Origin: Elusimicrobiota bacterium
Lineage (GTDB): Bacteria > Elusimicrobiota > Elusimicrobia > UBA1565 > UBA9628
DNA length: 41,959 bases
Assembly (NCBI GenBank): GCA_041660645.1
Contig: JBAZVY010000001.1
Span: forward strand, 25,164 to 67,122
Direction of reading: 5' to 3'
The translations under genes were made by a program, and so were the position numbers. The notes under the pieces are model-generated. The model had not been told where the DNA came from. It was given only the letters and a program-made list of their open reading frames with translations, and did no database searches. Shown piece after piece: positions 7,722 to 15,499 of this stretch (positions are counted from its first letter, which is position 1; each line of letters opens with the position of its first letter).

Positions 7722-8857
7722 GCCGGCCGCTGGCCGCGGGAGAAGTGCATGGGCACGGGCAGGGATATCTGCCGCATGCATTCCAGGGCAAAACTGTCGG
7801 TCATGCCCGCGATATAATCCGTGATCATGGTCCGGCCGGGATAACCTTCCCGCTCATAGACCGCCCGCATCTGTTCCATGTAATGCCCGAAATTGCGGTC
7901 CACGTCCAGCTCCAGCCGGGCATAAGCGGAGAAATCCGTGCCGTGTTTCTCGAACAATTCCATGAAATAGTCGAAAAGCGTATGGATGACCGTACGGATA
8001 TGCCGCCGGTATTTTATCAGCTTGGGATGGTAATAGATGCGCTCATAATTGAACGCTCCCAATTCCACCACCAAGCCATGCCGCTCCGGAGAGAAGCCCA
8101 CGGTCTCGCCGCGCGCGGAATTTGCGACCATGTCCGCGATGAGGGTGCTGATGATATCCGTATTGGAATCGCCCAGGCCCTTGACCACCCGCGCCGGCAG
8201 GTCTGACTTCTTGATGAACCCGGCCGTGACCGCATCTTCCACGTCCCGGCCCAGGTAAGCGATGCGGTCGCTGAGCCGGACCATGCAGCCCTCGTAAGTG
8301 CACGGCATATAAGCGCGGTCATGGATGTTCTCCAGATCGTTGGCCGTAGCCGAGGGCTTAAGCCCGGTCTGGGTGAAATCCTCGCCGTTATGGCAGATAA
8401 TGCCGTCCTTGACCGCATAAGTCAGGTTCAATCCCTGCCCATGGTTGGCCAGATGCTCCACCACGCGATAGGAGTTGAGCTCGTGCATGAAGGACTTGTC
8501 CGTGCCCAACTTGGCCGCCAGCTCCTTCTCCCCCTCGTGTCCGAACGGGGTATGGCCTAGATCATGGCCCAAACCGATGGCATAAGCCAGCTCCGTGTCC
8601 AAGGCCCAATCCCCTCCGGAAAGGTTCAACCCCCGGCAGACCGTGGCCGCGATGGTGGCCACATGCAGGACATGTTCTATGCGCGTGCATATATGGTCGT
8701 TGTCCGGAGCATAGAACACCTGGGCCTTATGCTTAAGGCGCCGGAACGGATAAGAATGGATTATCTTGGTCTGATCCCGGAAATATTCGGCCCGGATATC
8801 CGGGGCCACGGGCTTGCTGCGGCGGAGGTAGACTTCGTCTGGGAGCGGGTTGCGCAT
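7718..8857 (-). CDS. dGTPase-like HD-domain deoxynucleoside triphosphate triphosphohydrolase
   Basis: Motifs FRRLKHKAQVF, TRIEHVLHVA and GLGHDLGHTPFGHEGE. 379 aa. Confidence 0.9.
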   Translation of the reverse strand: MRNPLPDEVYLRRSKPVAPDIRAEYFRDQTKIIHSYPFRRLKHKAQVFYAPDNDHICTRIEHVLHVATIAATVCRGLNLSGGDWALDTELAYAIGLGHDLGHTPFGHEGEKELAAKLGTDKSFMHELNSYRVVEHLANHGQGLNLTYAVKDGIICHNGEDFTQTGLKPSATANDLENIHDRAYMPCTYEGCMVRLSDRIAYLGRDVEDAVTAGFIKKSDLPARVVKGLGDSNTDIISTLIADMVANSARGETVGFSPERHGLVVELGAFNYERIYYHPKLIKYRRHIRTVIHTLFDYFMELFEKHGTDFSAYARLELDVDRNFGHYMEQMRAVYEREGYPGRTMITDYIAGMTDSFALECMRQISLPVPMHFSRGQRPA

Positions 8858-8885
8858 CTCCAGATATTATAGCTATTGTGCGCGG

Positions 8886-9071
8886 TCAGTTCGTAGAGAC
8901 CGTAGTCTGGCCCAACCAAAAAAGCTCCAGGCTATACGTGCACCCGGAGGAGCCGCAGTCCGCGCGCACTACGCTGTCGACTTGACGCAGTTCCACATCA
9001 TCCAGGGACTGGCCGCAGTCCGGGCACTTGAGTTTCTTGAGCAATACGGAATCAGGATAAAGCTTGGCCAT
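8886..9071 (-). CDS. possible small zinc-ribbon protein (61 aa)
   Basis: Contains CPDCG...x19...CGSSGC (CxxC plus CxxxxC). The overlapping plus-strand ORF 8850-9122 is Arg-rich and looks non-coding. Support is composition and motif only. Confidence 0.4.
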   Translation of the reverse strand: MAKLYPDSVLLKKLKCPDCGQSLDDVELRQVDSVVRADCGSSGCTYSLELFWLGQTTVSTN

Positions 9072-9077
9072 GCGGAT

Positions 9078-9083
9078 ATTCTA
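9078..9083 (-). promoter_or_regulatory. -10 box (TAGAAT on the minus strand) 6 nt upstream of ATG 9071
   Basis: The minus strand reads TAGAAT-atccgc-ATG, with no SD. Confidence 0.3.
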
Positions 9084-9136
9084 CCCCAACCCGGTTACAG
9101 GCATATTGCCCCAAAGTCCTAATAATCTCACGGCAA

Positions 9137-9166
9137 TAGACCCATTCCCCGGCATCAGGCTATAAT
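9137..9166 (+). promoter_or_regulatory. candidate promoter for the GDPD gene (leaderless geometry)
   Basis: TAGACC, an 18-nt spacer, then TATAAT (9161-9166), then 6 nt to ATG 9173. No SD. Confidence 0.45.
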
Positions 9167-9172
9167 ACCCTT

Positions 9173-10285
9173 ATGAACCATAACACCTTTCTCGCTGGCC
9201 TGACCCTAGCCGGGCTGCTGGCGCTCCCCCAGGCCGCGCTGGCCAAAGCCGCCCCGAAACTGTTCGATGCCGAAGCCCACCGCGGCGGACGCGACGCCCG
9301 GCCGGAAGACACATTAGTAGCCTTTGCCTATGCCCTGGAACTGGGCGTCACCACCTTGGAAATGGACATGCAGATGACCAAGGACGGCCGCATCGTGATC
9401 AGCCATAACCCGTTCATGAACCCCGCCTTGGCCCAAGGCCCGGACGGCAAATACGTGGAGCCCGACAAGTACGATATCCGAGCCCTGACCCTCAAGGAGA
9501 TACAGAAGTTCGACGTCGGCACCATGAACCCCAAGGCCGGAGATTACTATGAAGGCCACGGCAAGACTCAGATCGCCGTGCCCGGCACCCGGATCCCGAC
9601 TTTAGAAGAAGTTTTTGAATTGGCCAAGGCCTACGGCAATGACCAGGTCTTCTTCAACATCGAGACCAAATCCTATCCCGCCGGTCCGGAAGCCAAGAAC
9701 AGCCCGGACCCGGCCGTGTTCGTGAAGAAGTTCCACGCTATCGTGGATAAATATCACATGGCAGAACGGGTATTCCTGCAATCGTTCGATTGGCGTACGC
9801 TCCGAGAGATGAAGAAGCTCGACCCGAACATAGCTTTGGTGGCTCTTACCTGCGAACAGCCCTCCTGGGGCCGCGACGGCATGTACCGCCAGATAGGCGA
9901 ACCCGGGCCTTCGCCCTGGATGGCTGGACTGGACATAGATGACTACAAGGGCGATTACGTGAAGGCGGCCAAAGCCATAGGCGCAGACATAGTCTCCCCC
10001 TACTGGGAAGAGTTGTCCAACGAGCTGGTAAGCGAAGCGCACACGCTGGGCATGAAGGTAGTGCCCTGGACGGTCAACAACGCGCAGAAGATGAACATGC
10101 TGTTAGACATGGGGGTAGATGGAATCATCTCGGACCAGCCCGCCCGGCTGCGCGAAGTCTTGGTCAAACGCGGCCTCCCGGTGGCTGAACCCACGGTGAA
10201 TGTCAAAAGCCCCTATCACACCGGCACGGCCATCGCCTCCGGCGACACCCAGGTCAATCAGCCCGGCGGCGATTCCGCGGAGTGA
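9173..10285 (+). CDS. glycerophosphodiester phosphodiesterase family protein, exported
   Basis: Signal peptide, then AHRGG...PEDTLVAF, LEMDMQMTKDGRIVISHN, and a C-terminal VDGIISDQP. Confidence 0.9.
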   Translation: MNHNTFLAGLTLAGLLALPQAALAKAAPKLFDAEAHRGGRDARPEDTLVAFAYALELGVTTLEMDMQMTKDGRIVISHNPFMNPALAQGPDGKYVEPDKYDIRALTLKEIQKFDVGTMNPKAGDYYEGHGKTQIAVPGTRIPTLEEVFELAKAYGNDQVFFNIETKSYPAGPEAKNSPDPAVFVKKFHAIVDKYHMAERVFLQSFDWRTLREMKKLDPNIALVALTCEQPSWGRDGMYRQIGEPGPSPWMAGLDIDDYKGDYVKAAKAIGADIVSPYWEELSNELVSEAHTLGMKVVPWTVNNAQKMNMLLDMGVDGIISDQPARLREVLVKRGLPVAEPTVNVKSPYHTGTAIASGDTQVNQPGGDSAE

Positions 10286-10388
10286 CTCCGTCCAGCCCCC
10301 GGCCCGGCGAAAGGCCTAGTCTGGCCTAGGTCTAAAAAACTCCTTTCCGCTTCCCGCATGGCCCATCAGGCTCGGGCCGCCTTATGGA

Positions 10389-10414
10389 TATAATCTAAGA
10401 ATTATCCTGGAGGA
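10389..10414 (+). promoter_or_regulatory. -10 box TATAAT (10389-10394) and SD GGAGGA (10409-10414) upstream of ATG 10422
   Basis: Read directly from the sequence. The SD lies 7 nt from the ATG, so this is a conventionally leadered gene. Confidence 0.5.
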
Positions 10415-10421
10415 TATTTCC

Positions 10422-12131
10422 ATGCAGACCCGCCACACCCGATTCTTCATCATATCCGCGGCCCTGGCCCTGGCCCATAACTCCTCAGCCGGCCAGATAT
10501 ACAAAGGCCCGATATCCGGCATAGGCCGGGCGCCCGCCCTGACATCCCCGCTTATCCTGCAAGGCGCATACGTGATCCCCGGACTTCAAGTTCCTACGCT
10601 ACCGCAGTTCTCTTTGCTCAGCCCGCTCTCTCGCCTACCCGCCCTGGCGCCCAAAGTGCAGATATCCGCCCAACCGCTCATCGTCCTGCCCCAGGCGGCC
10701 GCAATGTCGGCGCCCATATCCGGCTTGACCGCCGATATCGCTCCGGCCCTGGCCCGGCTGGCCTCGCCCAACCTGGGAGCTGAAGACTCCAGCGCCGCGG
10801 CTGAAAACATGCTCGCGCCCATACTCGGCCGCGGCCGGACCGCGGACTTGTCCGTGCCTACTCCGCAAGACCACACCCCGGCTCCGCCCCGCCGCCTCCC
10901 GGCCCTGGCTCCGTCCAAAGCCAAAGGCTCGCCCCTGCTCTCCCAGATCTCATTCGCGCAAGGCGTCGCCGCGGAACACCAGGCCCTGCTCCAAGAGACC
11001 TTGAGCCGCCGCAAAGCCGGCTGGACGCGAGGCCTTACCGCCGTGGGCATAGACCTGAACCGGCCCGCGCCGGTCCTCACCGTGCGCTCCGCCAAGGTAA
11101 TAGAAAAAGGCAAGAAAGTGACTTTCGTGGTGGATTGGACCCAAGGCCGGACCCGCTTGGGCGCTTTCCAGGCCTCGGTGTCGCTAAAGGACCTGCAGCC
11201 CGCGATATGGCGCCTGCAGCCGCCGCCCGTGCCTCAAGAACTGCAGATTAAATTGCGCTTCCGCAACACGGCTACGGAAACGGACATAGCCCAGTTCTTG
11301 GAAACCCACAACCTGCGCCAGCTCTACAAAAACAGCGACGGCCACATCGTGGCCGTGACCGGAGACGACCAGTCCGAAGCCGTGGCCCGCGCAATCTCCG
11401 GACAAGGACCAGTGCTCTTCGCCTCGCCCGCGGCCCTGAAACTGCCCGCGGCCAACCAACTGCGCATCGTATTCAAGCAGTCCATCCCCCATAAGCACAA
11501 AGACGACCAGCCCCGCTTGGAGACCGAGACCTCGGAAGCCGCGATCGCGGACATACTGCACAGCCGCGGCTTGCGCGTCCTGGCCATGGACCGGATGACC
11601 AATGTATGGACCGTAGGCGCCAAAGGCCTGGACTCCCTGGCCATGGCCAAGACCATCCAGAGCCTGCCGGATGTGTTCTATGTCTCGCCCGTGGAATTCA
11701 GCACGCCCTGGACCCGTCAATTGGTGGTCGGATTCCCAAAAGGCTACAGCATAGAACAGGTATCCGACTTATTGCGCGGCCACGGCTTACTTATAGAATC
11801 CGATCTCAAGGACGGCTACTACCGCCTGGCCCAGGTCTCGGATGATACCTCGGCCTCAGAACTCGCACAAACCCTAGCCCAGGAATCGGTCGTAAAATAC
11901 GTGACTCCCCTAGGCCTGCTAGATGATGAATCGGTCCGGCAATCCGCCAAAAGCGTGGCCGTAAACAAAGGCGGGATATATTCCCATACCGACTACAACA
12001 TCTACTACTATTATGCGCAGCAAGGGCTGGAACGAGCCGGCGCCACGCCGGAACAGTTGAAGCTGTTCGCCCGACTCTGCGACGAGGCCCCGGTCAAGGG
12101 CGGCCGGTACAATCCCTGGTCCGGCGACTGA
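10422..12131 (+). CDS. hypothetical exported protein (569 aa) with three tandem propeptide-like modules
   Basis: Signal peptide MQTRHTRFFIISAALALAHNSSAG, a Pro/Ala/Leu/Ser-rich N-terminal region, then three 65-80-aa modules (see the repeat feature). No catalytic motif seen. Confidence 0.6.
   Translation: MQTRHTRFFIISAALALAHNSSAGQIYKGPISGIGRAPALTSPLILQGAYVIPGLQVPTLPQFSLLSPLSRLPALAPKVQISAQPLIVLPQAAAMSAPISGLTADIAPALARLASPNLGAEDSSAAAENMLAPILGRGRTADLSVPTPQDHTPAPPRRLPALAPSKAKGSPLLSQISFAQGVAAEHQALLQETLSRRKAGWTRGLTAVGIDLNRPAPVLTVRSAKVIEKGKKVTFVVDWTQGRTRLGAFQASVSLKDLQPAIWRLQPPPVPQELQIKLRFRNTATETDIAQFLETHNLRQLYKNSDGHIVAVTGDDQSEAVARAISGQGPVLFASPAALKLPAANQLRIVFKQSIPHKHKDDQPRLETETSEAAIADILHSRGLRVLAMDRMTNVWTVGAKGLDSLAMAKTIQSLPDVFYVSPVEFSTPWTRQLVVGFPKGYSIEQVSDLLRGHGLLIESDLKDGYYRLAQVSDDTSASELAQTLAQESVVKYVTPLGLLDDESVRQSAKSVAVNKGGIYSHTDYNIYYYYAQQGLERAGATPEQLKLFARLCDEAPVKGGRYNPWSGD
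11244..11915 (+). repeat. three tandem protein-level modules inside CDS 10422-12131
   Basis: The modules are QIKLRFRNTATETDIAQFLETHNL...VARAISGQGPVLFASP, then QLRIVFKQS...AAIADILHSRGL...MAKTIQSLPDVFYVSP, then QLVVGFPKGYSIEQVSDLLRGHGL...LAQTLAQESVVKYVTP. All three share the pattern Q-hydrophobic-x-hydrophobic-x-F ... helix ending in H/R-G/N-L ... helix ... V-x-Y/F-x-S/T-P. Confidence 0.6.
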
Positions 12132-12169
12132 TCAAAGCCGGAAACCCCAGCTAAGGCCGCGGGCGCGGA

Positions 12170-13267
12170 TCACCATAGCCCGTTGATGGCCTGGCCGCAA
12201 AAAGGACAACGGCCTTCCTTTATATGGGCCTCGGCCACTTGATAGCCCTTGCGCACTATAAGAGTCTTGCCGCACTTGGGACAGACCGTGTTCTCCAAGA
12301 CGCTGCCCGGGACATTGCCCACGTACACGTAATGCAAGCCCTCGGCCTTGGCTATGCGATATGCTCCTTCCAGCGTAGCCACCGGAGTAGGCGGCACATT
12401 GGTCAAACGATAGGTCGGAAAGAATCGGGTAAAATGCACGGGCACGTCCGGCCCCACGTTGTCCTTTATCCAACGACACATAGCCGCCAACTCCTTAGGA
12501 TCATCATTGTGCCCGGGTATGACCAGGTTGACCAATTCCAACCACCGGCCGCTGGCCTTGACGGTCTTGATGGTCTCCAACACCGGGGCCAACTCCGCCG
12601 CGGCCATATCCTGATAGAACTTGTCCGAAAAAGATTTGAAGTCGATCTTGACCGCGTCCATAACCTTGAGCAGTTCCCGCAAAGGCTCCGGGTTTATGTA
12701 GCCGGCTGAGACCATGGAAGTCTTCAGCCCCTTCGCATGCGCCAGCTTAGCGATGTCGTACATATACTCATAGAACACTATAGGCTCGGTAAACGTGAAG
12801 CAGATGGAATAGGCTTTCTGCTTGAGCGCGGCCTCCACCACCTGCTCCGGGGTCAGCTCATAATGCCCCACTTTCTCGAATACGGCCTGGGATATGCTCC
12901 AATTCTGGCAAAAGCGGCACTGCAAGTTGCAGCCTACCGTGGCCAACACCATACGCTTATGCCCTGGATGGAAATGAAAGAACGGCGCTTTCTCTATGGG
13001 CTCCAAGCCCAAGGAACAGGGCTTGCCGTAAGTCACGAGATTGAGCTTGCCGCCGGAATTCTCCCGCACTCCGCAGAATCCGCGCTTGCCCTGCGCGATT
13101 ACGCACTTGCGCGGACATACCTGGCACCAAGCCTTGCCGTCCGCCAGCTTCTTATAGAACATGCACTCCCGGGATAACGACGGCCCCGCACCCGACCAGT
13201 GCCGGGCCAACAACAATGGCGCCAAGGCGCAGAGCGTAAAGATGATCCGCAAAACCCAACTTCTCAT
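12170..13267 (-). CDS. AmmeMemoRadiSam-system-type radical SAM enzyme
   Basis: WCQVCPRKCVIAQGKRGFCGVRENSGGKL, EPIEKAPFFHFHPG, the radical SAM cluster motif GCNLQCRFCQNWSISQ, and a C-terminal CPKCG...CPFCG zinc ribbon. Starting at ATG 13267 (ATGA overlap with the upstream gene) adds a hydrophobic N-terminal segment, MRSWVLRIIFTLCALAPLLLA. Starting at ATG 13162, which has a GGGAG SD, gives the canonical N-terminus MFYKKLADGKAWCQVC. Confidence 0.85.
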   Translation of the reverse strand: MRSWVLRIIFTLCALAPLLLARHWSGAGPSLSRECMFYKKLADGKAWCQVCPRKCVIAQGKRGFCGVRENSGGKLNLVTYGKPCSLGLEPIEKAPFFHFHPGHKRMVLATVGCNLQCRFCQNWSISQAVFEKVGHYELTPEQVVEAALKQKAYSICFTFTEPIVFYEYMYDIAKLAHAKGLKTSMVSAGYINPEPLRELLKVMDAVKIDFKSFSDKFYQDMAAAELAPVLETIKTVKASGRWLELVNLVIPGHNDDPKELAAMCRWIKDNVGPDVPVHFTRFFPTYRLTNVPPTPVATLEGAYRIAKAEGLHYVYVGNVPGSVLENTVCPKCGKTLIVRKGYQVAEAHIKEGRCPFCGQAINGLW

Positions 13268-15495
13268 GCCGTGCCTCTCGGCCCGGACGGCATCGCCGCA
13301 AAGCTCAACCCCAGGCTGGCCAGTTTTAGCGCGGCCACAATCAGGCACGCGTCGCGCAGGCCCAGCACCGGCAGCAGCACTACGCCGCCCAATATGCCGC
13401 CCACCCAGCCTCCGGCCAAATCGCAGGCATAGAGCCGGCCCACGGCTCCCGGCGCTTGGAGCCGGCAAGCCAAAGGGAACTGGGCTCCGGTCAAGGCTCC
13501 GGAAGCCAGGCACAAGGCCACGAACCCGGCCAAAAGCAGGCTCTCCGGCGCTTTCATACTCCCCAGCCCCTGCCAGCCGGCGGCCAACAACAGCGAGAAA
13601 AGCACCAACGCGGCTTCACTCATCAAAAACAACCGCCGCGCAGAACCCGCCGGCTTGGCCAAGAACAAGCTGGCGCCAGCGGCCCCAGCCATGAACACCG
13701 ATACCAATACGCCTATCCACTGGTACACGTAGCCGTACACCGCTTGAAAAGCGAAAGTCAGGCACATGCTGTATACCATGCCGCCAAATCCCGTGGCCGC
13801 TATGGCCAAAGGCGCGGCCGTTAGCCGGCGCACGCACCGATGCCATACCCAATACAGCAGCGCCGATAACGCGATCAGACCCATGGCCCCGGACAAGGTC
13901 CAGGAGGCCGCCCACGACAAGCCGCGCCCGATCCGGGGAGACAGCATGGCGCTCCAGTTCGCCAAATCATGGATCACGGCCCGCGGTTGGAAATCCCGGT
14001 TCATCCCGGCCTGCGCCCGGACCGGGGCCAATGCATATCCCAATGCGTCCAGCCATTGCGGCTCCAGCCGGAACGCTACGTGCTCCGCGGTCAAGAAGCC
14101 GGTCTTTATGCCCCGCGCCCGCAAACGCTGCCCCAACACGGCCGGATCCAGCCTCAATGCGGAATCCGAAGCCAAGAACAGATTGCGGTCACCGGGCACG
14201 ATGCGCACTTCCCGGAACACCGCGCCCACGGTAGCCAGCATGCAGGCGTTGAGCCGGGCCAGATTCTTCTCCAGGAAAACGGTGGACCCGGGCAAGGAGA
14301 ATGCGAGTATGCCGCCGGGCGCCAGATGCGCCCGGGCCGCGGCCAAGAATTCCTTGGTGAAGAGCCGATTGGCTTCCAGCGTAGACGGCCGCGCCCCGCC
14401 TAGCAATATGACGTCGTAGCGGTCCTGGGAATGCTTCAAAAACCTGCGCCCGTCGCTGAAACGCACCCGCACCCGGGGGTCGGCCAATTCCGCGCCCGTG
14501 AGCGGATTCGAAAAACGCGCCACGGCTTCCAAGAGCAGGGGGTCGAGTTCCGCATAATCGGCCGCGAGCACCGGCTGCTTGAGCAGCTCGCGCAGCAGCC
14601 CCCCGGCGCCCCCGCCCAACACCAGCACGCGCCGGGGCGAGGGATGGGCCAGCAGCGGGATGTGGGCCAAATCCTCCACGGATTCCACATCCGGGACCGG
14701 AGCCACCAAGGCCGGAGAGCCGTTGCTCATGAACACGTACTGCCCTCCGGACTCCAGCACCGCCACGTTCCCATAGACCGAATTCCGATAAGACACGACT
14801 CGTTGCCCGGGCCACTGCCCGAGCAAGGACAGCCGCTGCAGGCGCTCACCCGAGCCTGAAAACATGAGCCCCCCGGCCAGAACGCCGGCGCCTAGCCAGG
14901 CCGTCGCGGCCGCGGCCGGCCCGGACTTCAGATACCAAGACCGGATGAGCAGGCAGAACAGAACATCCAATACCGCAGTGCCCAGCACGATATCGAAGGA
15001 ATGGAAATAGGGTATGAGCAGGAAGGTCAAGACCACGCCCCCGGCCAGAGTGCCCACCGCTTCCCAGCCATACGCCCAGCCGGCCGCGTCCTGGTTCTTG
15101 CGCAGGCCCGGCGACAGCGCGAATAGCGCTCCATGCAGCAGGCCGGCTCCGGACAAGACCAAGCCCGAGGCCCAGAACATGGTCCAGATCCCGAACCCCT
15201 CGCCGGCCGGTATCCCGGCCAGACCGCGCAGGCCCCGGATAGCGAACAGGGCCACGGGTAGGGTAGCGGCAAAAGCCGCCTGCAAAAGGATGAACAGCTT
15301 GGCCCGCAGTTCCCGCTCCGGCCGGATGCGGCCGGCCAAAAAGCTGCCGGCGGCCTCCAGGGCCAGCCAATTGCCTAGGATCAGGCCCAAGGATAGCTCG
15401 TTGCCCGAGAACACCACCAACAGTTCGCGCAAGAGCACGATCTGGGCCACCAGTCCGCTGGCGCCCAACACCAGCAATATGGCGATGAAGCTCAT
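13264..15495 (-). CDS. polytopic membrane protein with a central spermidine-synthase-like methyltransferase-fold domain (fused membrane/spermidine synthase family)
   Basis: N-terminal and C-terminal multi-TM bundles flank the segments VLVLGGGAGGLLRELL, YAELDP, RYDVILLGG and LAPGGILAF. Start taken at ATG 15495 (MSFIAILLVLGASG). The longer ORF-track start would overlap the upstream peptidase gene. Confidence 0.8.
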   Translation of the reverse strand: MSFIAILLVLGASGLVAQIVLLRELLVVFSGNELSLGLILGNWLALEAAGSFLAGRIRPERELRAKLFILLQAAFAATLPVALFAIRGLRGLAGIPAGEGFGIWTMFWASGLVLSGAGLLHGALFALSPGLRKNQDAAGWAYGWEAVGTLAGGVVLTFLLIPYFHSFDIVLGTAVLDVLFCLLIRSWYLKSGPAAAATAWLGAGVLAGGLMFSGSGERLQRLSLLGQWPGQRVVSYRNSVYGNVAVLESGGQYVFMSNGSPALVAPVPDVESVEDLAHIPLLAHPSPRRVLVLGGGAGGLLRELLKQPVLAADYAELDPLLLEAVARFSNPLTGAELADPRVRVRFSDGRRFLKHSQDRYDVILLGGARPSTLEANRLFTKEFLAAARAHLAPGGILAFSLPGSTVFLEKNLARLNACMLATVGAVFREVRIVPGDRNLFLASDSALRLDPAVLGQRLRARGIKTGFLTAEHVAFRLEPQWLDALGYALAPVRAQAGMNRDFQPRAVIHDLANWSAMLSPRIGRGLSWAASWTLSGAMGLIALSALLYWVWHRCVRRLTAAPLAIAATGFGGMVYSMCLTFAFQAVYGYVYQWIGVLVSVFMAGAAGASLFLAKPAGSARRLFLMSEAALVLFSLLLAAGWQGLGSMKAPESLLLAGFVALCLASGALTGAQFPLACRLQAPGAVGRLYACDLAGGWVGGILGGVVLLPVLGLRDACLIVAALKLASLGLSFAAMPSGPRGTA

Positions 15496-15499
15496 ACGC

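Noticed and set aside
7718-9071. The dGTPase-like gene plus the small zinc-ribbon ORF as an anti-phage nucleotide-depletion defence locus.
   Set aside because: The flanking genes are housekeeping (udk, an OMP, GDPD) and there are no mobile-element or defence-island hallmarks. dGTPase-like HD hydrolases are common core genes. A defence role cannot be excluded, but nothing in the sequence supports it.
10286-10421. Non-coding gaps (10286-10421, 8858-9172, 39793-39970) checked for tRNA or small structured RNA genes.
   Set aside because: I saw no cloverleaf-compatible arms and no T-loop (GGTTCGAATCC-like) motif. These regions are better explained by promoters, SD sites and one small ORF.
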